From positions 1-24,409 of IMG/VR virus record IMGVR_UViG_3300009424_000315: a stretch of 24,409 bases of DNA; one strand, 5' to 3'. Below, piece by piece: positions 1-7,218 of the stretch; positions within the stretch are counted from its first letter, which is position 1; every line of letters begins with the position of its first letter. Source of the DNA: a virus (Duplodnaviria; Caudoviricetes). The translations under genes and the position numbers were made by a program. Below the pieces are notes generated by a model. It was given only the letters and a program-made list of their open reading frames with translations, ran no database searches and was not told the origin of the DNA.

Positions 1-185
1 CCGAGGCGGGGTTTGGCTCCGACGCCGACGAAGCCGCATATCGAGACGCGTTCCGCCGTGGAGATGGGGAAGCCTTGGCACGGATCAACGCTGAAAGCGC
101 CGCGCGAGTCAAGGTGCTGCAAGAACGCAACGAGGTCGCGGAGTCAGATTTCGGGCGCATTGACGCGGAAAAGGGCAAGCCATGA
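1..185 (+). CDS. 3' end of a hypothetical protein (runs off the left edge)
   Basis: Frame starting at base 3 is open to TGA 183-185 (EAGFGSDADEAAYRDAF...EKGKP*). The stop overlaps the next ATG (ATGA). Confidence 0.55.
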   Translation, partial: EAGFGSDADEAAYRDAFRRGDGEALARINAESAARVKVLQERNEVAESDFGRIDAEKGKP

Positions 186-334
186 CTGACGCCAGAAGGA
201 ACGACATTTTGAGCAAACTGGACTCCGACGCCGAGCGCAGCCACCTCGTGAAACAAATAACCAAGCTGCAGAGTGCGGTGGCCGACTTTGTTGCTTACAA
301 TCCTTGGGCAGAGAAAAGTAAGGAGGAAGAATGA
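182..334 (+). CDS. small hypothetical protein (50 aa)
   Basis: MTDARRNDILSKLDSDAERSHLVKQITKLQSAVADFVAYNPWAEKSKEEE*. ATGA-coupled to the upstream ORF and too short to appear in the supplied track. Confidence 0.5.
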   Translation: MTDARRNDILSKLDSDAERSHLVKQITKLQSAVADFVAYNPWAEKSKEEE

Positions 335-544
335 ACAACGGCAAATTGGCTCAATGACCTGTGTAAGCGTGCCAAACTGAAAAGTTTTCTTGCCAAAAAT
401 ATCGAGCTTTCAGTTGCGCAAGAGGGAGTGTGGTTAATCTTTCCTTGTGTAGTCAATCACGCCGGGCACCGCGTTGAAGGTAGTTTCTCTGACTACATTA
501 ACATTACTGAAACCTATGAAACCAACGAAGAAGGAAACCAGACC

Positions 545-961
545 ATGAACGAAGAACTTGACGTTATCACCCTGCTGCAGCTTGAGCACGGTGTTCACAT
601 CTACGAAGTAACTTACTTCGAGGGCAATAATAACAATACTTATTGCTTCAAAAGCGCCACAAAAATCGCAAAAGACTCTCTCGCTGTAGTAAGTGATAGC
701 TCGGGTAAAAGCTATAAAATTGTGCGTGTCGGTAATGAAGTTACTAATGTGTTCGAGCCGGTTCCGGGTATTGTGTATAAATGGTTGCTTTTTTCCCTTC
801 CGGTGGATGAAGATTACCTCAAAGAAGCTAGCAACTTCGACAATAAGGCACGGCGTAAGCTGGCCCTTGGGGGGGCTATCGCACAAGCAAAAGCGGTGGG
901 AAAGCATCTTACAGAGGAAGATTTTTTCCCGAACAATAACATGCTGGAAATCGCAAAATGA
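545..961 (+). CDS. phage hypothetical protein (138 aa)
   Basis: The track ORF is 428..961, but ATG 545 follows a GAAGGA SD-like sequence and is the likelier start. The stop overlaps the next ATG. Confidence 0.7.
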   Translation: MNEELDVITLLQLEHGVHIYEVTYFEGNNNNTYCFKSATKIAKDSLAVVSDSSGKSYKIVRVGNEVTNVFEPVPGIVYKWLLFSLPVDEDYLKEASNFDNKARRKLALGGAIAQAKAVGKHLTEEDFFPNNNMLEIAK

Positions 962-1137
962 ACAATGTAATAAACATAGTGGCATATTTAAACTACGAAG
1001 AAATCGTAACTCGCACTGAGCGGTTTGCCTGTATCGTCAAAGACTTAACCCAGCCGAAATTGTTTCTGGGAGAATACCAAAAACAACTTCGTGTTTACAC
1101 TTCACTTACAAAAGGAAACGCAAATGACAAAGCATAA
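958..1137 (+). CDS. small hypothetical protein (59 aa)
   Basis: MNNVINIVAYLNYEEIVTRTERFACIVKDL...GNANDKA*. ATGA overlap with the previous gene; it fills the gap to the next gene and is absent from the track. Confidence 0.6.
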   Translation: MNNVINIVAYLNYEEIVTRTERFACIVKDLTQPKLFLGEYQKQLRVYTSLTKGNANDKA

Positions 1138-1600
1138 CCCGGCCTTGCCCCCACTTGTTAAAAAAGCAGGCAAAGCTCCCCTCGCAACCGATGATGCTTT
1201 GTTCGGAAGTGGTTTTTCTTCCTCTGTAAACTCGCTTGAGTTTGAAGAAAAATTAACGCCGGAAGAGTTCGAAGCTGCGCGCCCGGCGCGCCCGGCGCGC
1301 CCTTCGCCCGCCGTGCATAAAAGCTTAGCTGAACCTATCTACACTTTCCGTTCAATCGGAAACAGTTTGTTCGAGACAGAAGACGAAGCTATAATTGACA
1401 GTTACAATCTTCTTCTCGATAAAGCTGTTGACGATCTATGGAGTGGCGAAAAAGAAAGCACGTTAAAAGAAAGCTCTGTCCTGTTGAGTGATGCAATAGC
1501 CGTAATAAAAAGTTATCCCTATATCGCAAAGCTACTCGGAGAACGAGCAGAGTTAATGCTAACAATCGCTGATGCTAAAAAGAAAGGAAACAAAAAATGA
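1124..1600 (+). CDS. hypothetical protein
   Basis: ATG 1124 follows AAAGGA (the track start at 1091 is GTG). ATGA-coupled to the next gene. Confidence 0.75.
   Translation: MTKHNPALPPLVKKAGKAPLATDDALFGSGFSSSVNSLEFEEKLTPEEFEAARPARPARPSPAVHKSLAEPIYTFRSIGNSLFETEDEAIIDSYNLLLDKAVDDLWSGEKESTLKESSVLLSDAIAVIKSYPYIAKLLGERAELMLTIADAKKKGNKK
1277..1302 (+). repeat. 9-bp tandem repeat GCGCGCCCG, about 3 copies, encoding ARPARPARP
   Basis: Directly visible; an in-frame low-complexity linker. Confidence 0.8.
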
Positions 1601-2103
1601 CCAAAGCAACAAAAGCTCCGCCAAGATTAAAAACTCCAGATGAGTTTCCGCCCGAATTACTAAAAGCATGGCTCTATGTTATCGACAATAACAAAAAGCT
1701 CATAATCCCCTGCGAAAGTTATGGTTTCGCCGTGCATACAAGGCAGCAGTTATACGCCGTGCGGGCTGCGGTTAGGCGTGTTGCCGACGGTGAAATTGTG
1801 CTTGAGCGCGGGCAGACAATCTTCCCCGGGCAAAGCGCGTCAAGGCAATCCTATAATGCCTTGTGGGAAAAGCTCCAACGGGCGATGATCCCGAAACTTC
1901 AACGCGGTGAAACGCAGCTTCTTATCCTTCCGCGAAACCAGAATATCATAGATCGCGTTGGCGCCGCGTTGGCCAATGCTATGGAGGAAAAAGAAAAGCA
2001 ACCTGAAAGTCCTCCGGGGCGCTTTAATCCCGCTCATATTGCCCGCGAAAAAGAACCAACTGCAACTGTAATAGGAACTTTGTTCGGCGACGATACCGAA
2101 TGA
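1597..2103 (+). CDS. hypothetical protein (168 aa)
   Basis: AAAGGA SD-like sequence and ATGA overlap. Confidence 0.75.
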   Translation: MTKATKAPPRLKTPDEFPPELLKAWLYVIDNNKKLIIPCESYGFAVHTRQQLYAVRAAVRRVADGEIVLERGQTIFPGQSASRQSYNALWEKLQRAMIPKLQRGETQLLILPRNQNIIDRVGAALANAMEEKEKQPESPPGRFNPAHIAREKEPTATVIGTLFGDDTE

Positions 2104-2106
2104 TGA

Positions 2107-2144
2107 AATTGCGCGCATAAACGATAACCGGTATGCGCGCAATT
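2107..2144. promoter_or_regulatory. 13-bp perfect inverted repeat (copy 1 of a dispersed palindromic element)
   Basis: AATTGCGCGCATA-N12-TATGCGCGCAATT, intergenic, just upstream of the sigma70 promoter. Confidence 0.8.
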
Positions 2145-2170
2145 ACCCCTCTCTCGCTGAAAAATACCTC

Positions 2171-2199
2171 TTGACATGCGCGCAACAACGCCATATAAT
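2171..2199 (+). promoter_or_regulatory. consensus sigma70-type promoter
   Basis: TTGACA (2171-2176), 17-bp spacer, TATAAT (2194-2199), followed by an AAGGAG SD and ATG 2229. Confidence 0.9.
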
Positions 2200-2228
2200 G
2201 AGAAACACGCCCAGCAAAGGAGCTTCAA

Positions 2229-2534
2229 ATGGCGCGTCCTCGCCTCGCTAAACCAACGCAAGAAATACGCGCGCGCATTGAAATAGGTGTGTATTCGCGC
2301 ATACAAATGTTGCTGTATTCTCCCGCAGACGGGAAGATGCGCTACGGCGCATTAGGAAAGATAACCGAAAGATTACTCGCGACATGGCTTCACCGTGTTG
2401 ATAAAGCGGGTTTTGCCCGCGCATTAAAAGATATTGGCATTCAACCCGGCGAGATTATACCGGGCTTAACCGAAGAAAACGATCACACGCGACCGCAGCT
2501 CGAACAAGATCAGCAGAAGGAACTTACACTATGA
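2229..2534 (+). CDS. putative ribbon-helix-helix-like DNA-binding regulator
   Basis: Basic N-terminus MARPR, an alternating beta-like segment EIRARI, then two predicted helices. First gene after the promoter. The ORF is solid; the fold is an inference. Confidence 0.5.
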   Translation: MARPRLAKPTQEIRARIEIGVYSRIQMLLYSPADGKMRYGALGKITERLLATWLHRVDKAGFARALKDIGIQPGEIIPGLTEENDHTRPQLEQDQQKELTL

Positions 2535-2821
2535 CGACCCAGACTTCGGAATTGCCGCAGCTCACACTTCTCGACGAGGATAATCTGCCGACAGAGAGCG
2601 AGCTTTATTCTATGACCGCCGATCACCGCTTGCGTATCTTGTCGGAACTGAGAACATATGTTCTCGCACGGCAGGCTCACGAAATTCCGGAAGCGATCGC
2701 GCAGTTTGGTGTGCTGATCTCGCGGAAACTGCGTGCATCAGCGGAACTCGGAGCACAGAAGAAAAAGAGAAAGGCAGCCGCGCCAGAAGTTGCGAAAGCT
2801 TCAGACGCAGAGCTGTTTTAA
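2531..2821 (+). CDS. hypothetical protein (96 aa)
   Basis: AAGGA SD, ATGA overlap, and a basic/acidic tail ending SDAELF. Confidence 0.75.
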   Translation: MTTQTSELPQLTLLDEDNLPTESELYSMTADHRLRILSELRTYVLARQAHEIPEAIAQFGVLISRKLRASAELGAQKKKRKAAAPEVAKASDAELF

Positions 2822-2850
2822 AACAACTGACAAAAGAAAGGCCCCAACTT

Positions 2851-3927
2851 ATGTCAGCCGAAACTCAGGTTAACCTCACCTTTCCACTGAGCGTTGACAG
2901 CACAATTCTATCCTCCTTCACATCTTGCCCGCGTAAATTCTACTATGAATTTCTTCTGAAGCGTGTTCCCGAAGGAAAAAGCATTGACCTTCATGCCGGA
3001 GGTTGTTTTGCTTTAGGGCTAGAAATCGCGAGAAATGCTTTTTATGTAGAAAACCTAACCCAAGATGAAGCTATCGCGAGAGCTTGGGTGCATATGGTAA
3101 AAGAATGGGGAGAATATACTGAACCAGAAGATCACCCAAAATCTTTCCTAAATATGTTCGGAGCATTGTGCCATTACTTCGACACATACCCAATGGAGAA
3201 CGATCACTTCCAGCCAATCACAATCGCAGGCAACCGTAAAGCAATTGAGTTTACCTTTGCCATTCCAACAGCTGTGCGTCACCCGGATACCGGAGAGCCA
3301 ATTCTCTATTCCGGGCGCTGTGACATGGTAGTAGAAGATAGAGAAGGTGAAGGTGGAGTAATCTTTGCCCTCGATGATAAAACAACAAAAGCTATGAACG
3401 CAAATTGGGCTGACCAGTGGGCCATGCGCGGGCAATTCTATGGCTATGTTTATGCTTGTCGCGCACAAGGTATTAATGCGATAGGTGCCGTCGTTCGCGG
3501 CATTAGCATACTTAAAGGAAGTTACAAAACCGCAGAAGCCACAATCTTGTTCTCGGACGAGCAGGTTGAAAAATGGTGGCTTATGATTAACACAAAAATT
3601 CTGCGGATGGTGCAAGCTTATAGTAAATACAAAGAATTACTCGCATGTTTTGAGGAAGAACACTTAACACAGCAACCCGAGTTAACTCATATAGTTGCAG
3701 CCGCACCGTGGGAAATGTCCTACGGCGACGGGTGCATGGCTTACTTCCGCCCTTGTTCTTTCACTCCGCTGTGCACATCTTCGGAACCTTGGGAAATTTA
3801 TTCCGACTGGGATAATCGTGTGTGGGATCCTCTTGCCAAAGACCCGACCGGGAAAAGCGAAGATCGCTTCCTTGCCGCCGGGCCGTTAGAGCTTCCTGAT
3901 GAGTTACACGCCCTGCTTTGGCGGTAA
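2851..3927 (+). CDS. PD-(D/E)XK nuclease superfamily protein (Cas4/AddB-like exonuclease)
   Basis: N-terminal SCPRKFYY, nuclease motifs GRCD...DDKTT and QFYGY (QxxxY), and C-terminal C-x6-C-x5-C completing a four-Cys set typical of Fe-S Cas4-like nucleases. Confidence 0.85.
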   Translation: MSAETQVNLTFPLSVDSTILSSFTSCPRKFYYEFLLKRVPEGKSIDLHAGGCFALGLEIARNAFYVENLTQDEAIARAWVHMVKEWGEYTEPEDHPKSFLNMFGALCHYFDTYPMENDHFQPITIAGNRKAIEFTFAIPTAVRHPDTGEPILYSGRCDMVVEDREGEGGVIFALDDKTTKAMNANWADQWAMRGQFYGYVYACRAQGINAIGAVVRGISILKGSYKTAEATILFSDEQVEKWWLMINTKILRMVQAYSKYKELLACFEEEHLTQQPELTHIVAAAPWEMSYGDGCMAYFRPCSFTPLCTSSEPWEIYSDWDNRVWDPLAKDPTGKSEDRFLAAGPLELPDELHALLWR

Positions 3928-4235
3928 ACGTGGGAAGCGTTGGTGCTCTGTGGGTGCTGCCAAACTTAAGTGTAAAGCACATATACAAAACCCCAACTAC
4001 ATGGCAACCGTCAATTCTCCTGCTCGACCCGGAAACCGGAGATAGTTGGGGATATGTGCGCATCTTTTCCAGCACCGATACGGGAGACATACAAGCACAA
4101 AATTTCTGCAATGCTTGCTTTTGTCCTTACAACACCGCAATAATCACCTATAAACAATGGTTCTGGCCGGCTCACTTTAAGCCAGAACACATCCCAACCG
4201 AGGTAGTGAAATGGAACCTGCTAAGAGTCCTCTAA
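3918..4235 (+). CDS. hypothetical protein, start uncertain
   Basis: The open frame fills the gap between the nuclease and the ATPase. TTG start with no clear SD; contains a CxxC (CNAC). Confidence 0.45.
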   Translation: MAVNVGSVGALWVLPNLSVKHIYKTPTTWQPSILLLDPETGDSWGYVRIFSSTDTGDIQAQNFCNACFCPYNTAIITYKQWFWPAHFKPEHIPTEVVKWNLLRVL

Positions 4236-5080
4236 CCAGCGCAACAAAACAGCCAGCCGTTTTACTTCTAGGAGAACCCGGTAACGGGAAAACTTTTTCC
4301 CTCGCAACCGTTGCAAAGCATCGTAAGTTGTTCTGCTTGTTTACAGAACCCGGAGGAGAAGAATCTTTGATTGCTGGATGTATGCACTACAACATTCCGA
4401 TCGACAATGTTCACTGGCATTACGTCTCACCTTCCAGCACAGGATGGGATGCGATACAAGAAATGGGGCTTAAAGTTTCGCAAATGTCTTATAAAGACTT
4501 AGGGGAATTGAAAAGCGGGATCGACAAGCCTGCGCATAGACAGCTCATTACACTAATGGGTGTGCTTTCTAGCTTCATTTGTCAGCGAACAAACGAAAAC
4601 TTCGGCCCGGTCGATAAGCTCGGGGAAGATTGTGCCTTTGCCTTTGACTCCCTTTCTGGGCTTAACGACATGGCGCGTGAGCTCACTGTCGGAGGCAAGC
4701 CAACACTACATCAAGGAGAGTGGGGTGTTGCGATGCAAACCCAAGTAACCCTTGTTAAAAAGATAGTCAATGACACCCGCTGTATGACGATCATAACCGG
4801 GCATGTTGATAAGCTTTTAGATCTTGTCGCTGAGAAAATGACGTTCCAAGTTTCGCTTCTCGGCAACAAAACCGCGCCGGTTTTCCCGCGCATGTTCAGC
4901 GACGTTATCTGGGCGTATCGTGCGGATAAAAAATTCTACTGGTCAACGACAGAAGATAAAGTCAGTGGATTAAAAGGCCGCAACATTGGCGTGGTTAGTA
5001 AAGTCGAGCAAGATTTCGGGAAGATCGTAGAAGCATACGAAGCAAGAAAGAATTATATTACTACTACAACTAACGTTTAA
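4211..5080 (+). CDS. AAA_24/Sak4-like P-loop ATPase (phage recombination NTPase)
   Basis: Walker A GEPGNGKT, Walker B-like FAFDSLS, and an IIITGH-type strand (TIITGH). Lies between an exonuclease and an SSB-like gene. Confidence 0.8.
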   Translation: MEPAKSPLTSATKQPAVLLLGEPGNGKTFSLATVAKHRKLFCLFTEPGGEESLIAGCMHYNIPIDNVHWHYVSPSSTGWDAIQEMGLKVSQMSYKDLGELKSGIDKPAHRQLITLMGVLSSFICQRTNENFGPVDKLGEDCAFAFDSLSGLNDMARELTVGGKPTLHQGEWGVAMQTQVTLVKKIVNDTRCMTIITGHVDKLLDLVAEKMTFQVSLLGNKTAPVFPRMFSDVIWAYRADKKFYWSTTEDKVSGLKGRNIGVVSKVEQDFGKIVEAYEARKNYITTTTNV

Positions 5081-5088
5081 CTATATTC

Positions 5089-5109
5089 GGGAGAGCAATC
5101 TCCCCTTTT
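5089..5109 (+). terminator. probable intrinsic terminator
   Basis: GGGAGA-GCAA-TCTCCC hairpin followed by CTTTT, 8 nt after the ATPase stop. Confidence 0.6.
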
Positions 5110-5194
5110 GGCCCTTTAAGCCCCGCACAACGCGGTTCGTTGTAACTGTATCGCAAAACAACTCAGCGATAAACAAAACAGAGGACACTAAACA

Positions 5195-5656
5195 ATGTCA
5201 ACCTTTGACCCGAATGCTTTCGAAGAACAGATCATCACGGACGTAAGTGCTACCCACATGACTCCGGTTCCGGAGGGGTCTGACTACAAAGCAATTATTG
5301 ACGACTACAAATTTGCTGAGGTAGTGATTAAGGGGGAAAAACAGCTTGTTCTGAATGTGTTCTTCAAGCTTCTCGAAGACCCGCGGTTGGAGGAAGTTGG
5401 GCTTTCCGCCGATATGGCGCCGGTTCGTCATACGCTGTGGCTTAACCTCAGGCCGGACGGCGGAATTGCTTATGGCCCGAACCAAAACGTTGGGCTCGGA
5501 AAGCTGCGGCAGGCGCTCGGGCTGAACAAGCCCAACATGCAGTGGAGCCAGCTTCGCGGGGCCGGCCCGGTGTCGCTCACTGTTGCGCACCGTGCGGACA
5601 AGAACGATCCTGAGGTGCTTTACACGGACATCAAGCGGATCGACAAAGTGAAGTAA
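5195..5656 (+). CDS. putative single-stranded DNA-binding protein (DUF669-like)
   Basis: Strong SD GAGGA. Pattern TPVPEG-x-Y-x-A-x-I ... LGKLRQALGL ... V-x-H ... Y-x-DIK. Directly follows a Sak4-like ATPase. Confidence 0.65.
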   Translation: MSTFDPNAFEEQIITDVSATHMTPVPEGSDYKAIIDDYKFAEVVIKGEKQLVLNVFFKLLEDPRLEEVGLSADMAPVRHTLWLNLRPDGGIAYGPNQNVGLGKLRQALGLNKPNMQWSQLRGAGPVSLTVAHRADKNDPEVLYTDIKRIDKVK

Positions 5657-5698
5657 TCCCGAGACAGTTCGCGGCAGTCCCTCGCCGCGAGCTAACCT

Positions 5699-5724
5699 GC
5701 GAGGCAGCAATGCCTCGCTCTTTT
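5699..5724 (+). terminator. probable intrinsic terminator
   Basis: GCGAGGCA-GCAA-TGCCTCGC 8-bp stem followed by TCTTTT. Another 10-bp hairpin precedes it at 5666-5693. Confidence 0.65.
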
Positions 5725-5809
5725 CCGGGTGTGGTGGAACTGGTAGACACAAGAGACTTAAAATCTCTCGCTGCACAGCATGGGGGTTCGACTCCCCCCG
5801 CCCGGACCA
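5725..5809 (+). tRNA. tRNA-Leu (anticodon UAA)
   Basis: Acceptor CCGGGTG/CGCCCGG, discriminator A plus encoded CCA, D arm GTGGAACTGGTAGACAC, anticodon arm AGAGA-CTTAAAA-TCTCT, long variable arm, T arm GGGGG-TTCGACT-CCCCC. 85 nt. Confidence 0.95.
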
Positions 5810-5843
5810 TTTAAGCTTCGCAAGATGCAAAAGGATCGGCCCC

Positions 5844-7208
5844 ATGGAACTCTCACAAGCTCAAACAGATGCCGTAAATAAAGCAAAAGATTGGCTAGTT
5901 TCTTGGCAAGTAGCCAATGAGACAGCCGCAGAAGAAGAAGAAAATAAAACTGTTTACATTGCCGGTAATAACAACCGCGGTTGGTTTGTAATTGCTGGAT
6001 ACGCCGGAACAGGTAAGTCAACTTCAGTTAAACAACTTGTAGAAGCTCTTAAACTAGAAGCTGCTTACATGACTTACACAGGGAAAGCAGCTCTTGTTTT
6101 GCAGCGTTATGGGAATTTACCCGCTACAACAATTCACTCCCGTATTTATAAACTACGGCATGTTCGGGCGGGTTATCTAACAGAGCTAGCTAACAAGAGG
6201 GACATGGCGCAAGATGATACAGAACGAAAAGCTCTGCAAGCTGAGATAACGGAGTTACAAAAACCACGCTTTATTCTTCGCGACAGAGTTGAAGAAGAAG
6301 GCCCAACTTTTACCGAAGATATAATTATTCTCGATGAATGTTCTATGGTCGGGCGCGAGATGCTAGATGATCTGTTGACCTTTCGGAAACCTATTATAGC
6401 TTTAGGTGATCCAGGGCAGCTTCCGCCAATAGGGGACAAAAACAAACCTGCGGATAGTCCTTTGTTCGCGGGGGCGCCCGATGTAATGCTTACTGAAATT
6501 CACAGGCAAGCGGCAGGCAATCCTATTATTGATTTCTCTATGCGGGCGCGCCAGCAAATTTCAGTCCCGCATCATACGCGCGCGTCGCCACCAGAAGATA
6601 CACGGGCTGTGTGTTACCCGCTAGCAGGTCTGACCCAGCGTATGTTGTTCGAAGAAATGCAAGCCGCTGATATAACAATCTGCTGGAGAAATGAAACGAG
6701 GCATTTTCTGAATAACTTGTATCGACAGGGACTTGGTTTTCACGAAAAATCTCCCCTATATCCGGTAGCCGGAGATAAAATTGTATGCCGGAAAAATAGT
6801 AAAGAAAAAGGTTTGCTGAATGGGTTGTTTGCGGAGGTCGTAGAAGTGCTTAACATCTTCGACTCAAGCATTGACTTGATGATCCGCACGGAACTGCAAA
6901 AAGCTGAAGAAGAGCCGTTCAAAATAAGCGCACTTCGCGCAAAGTTTGATGCAGCGACAAACCCCGAGGCAATGAAACAGGCACGCCCGTGGGAACTTGC
7001 AGATCACCAGCAGTTTGAATTCGGGTATGCAATCACTTGTCACACGGCACAAGGTTCGCAATGGCCAAAGGTTCTTCTGCTCGATGCTTACCATCTTAAC
7101 GACAAACGCCGTGTTTTGCAGTGGGCTGCTGCGCGGCAAGATCGCGCAAGATGGCTTTACACTGGGATCACCCGTGCTGCACAACAGCTCACAATCCTTC
7201 ACGCTTAA
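5844..7208 (+). CDS. RecD2/Dda-like superfamily 1B DNA helicase
   Basis: Motifs GYAGTGKST, TIHSRIY, IILDECSMV, LGDPGQLPPI, LTEIHRQ, FGYAITCHTAQGSQW, LYTGITRA. Confidence 0.92.
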   Translation: MELSQAQTDAVNKAKDWLVSWQVANETAAEEEENKTVYIAGNNNRGWFVIAGYAGTGKSTSVKQLVEALKLEAAYMTYTGKAALVLQRYGNLPATTIHSRIYKLRHVRAGYLTELANKRDMAQDDTERKALQAEITELQKPRFILRDRVEEEGPTFTEDIIILDECSMVGREMLDDLLTFRKPIIALGDPGQLPPIGDKNKPADSPLFAGAPDVMLTEIHRQAAGNPIIDFSMRARQQISVPHHTRASPPEDTRAVCYPLAGLTQRMLFEEMQAADITICWRNETRHFLNNLYRQGLGFHEKSPLYPVAGDKIVCRKNSKEKGLLNGLFAEVVEVLNIFDSSIDLMIRTELQKAEEEPFKISALRAKFDAATNPEAMKQARPWELADHQQFEFGYAITCHTAQGSQWPKVLLLDAYHLNDKRRVLQWAAARQDRARWLYTGITRAAQQLTILHA

Positions 7209-7218
7209 GGAAACCATC

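Noticed and set aside
2851-3927. CRISPR-Cas locus suggested by the Cas4-like gene
   Set aside because: No repeat-spacer array and no cas1/cas2 are visible; the context is a phage recombination module.
1179-4310. Shared 12-mer CCCTCGCAACCG at about 1179 and 4299
   Set aside because: Short, inside coding sequence (both encode LAT), and compatible with chance.
5725-5809. tRNA as a prophage attachment site or host boundary
   Set aside because: Phage genes continue on both sides, and there is no integrase or duplicated tRNA 3' end in the window.
5198-5845. 215-aa minus-strand ORF and the other antisense or alternative-frame ORFs in the track
   Set aside because: They shadow well-supported genes and the tRNA, and have no SD or recognisable motifs.
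6997-7218. 74-aa N-terminal extension of the ParB-MTase in the ORF track
   Set aside because: It overlaps the conserved helicase C-terminus; ATG 7219 has an SD and begins the ParB domain.
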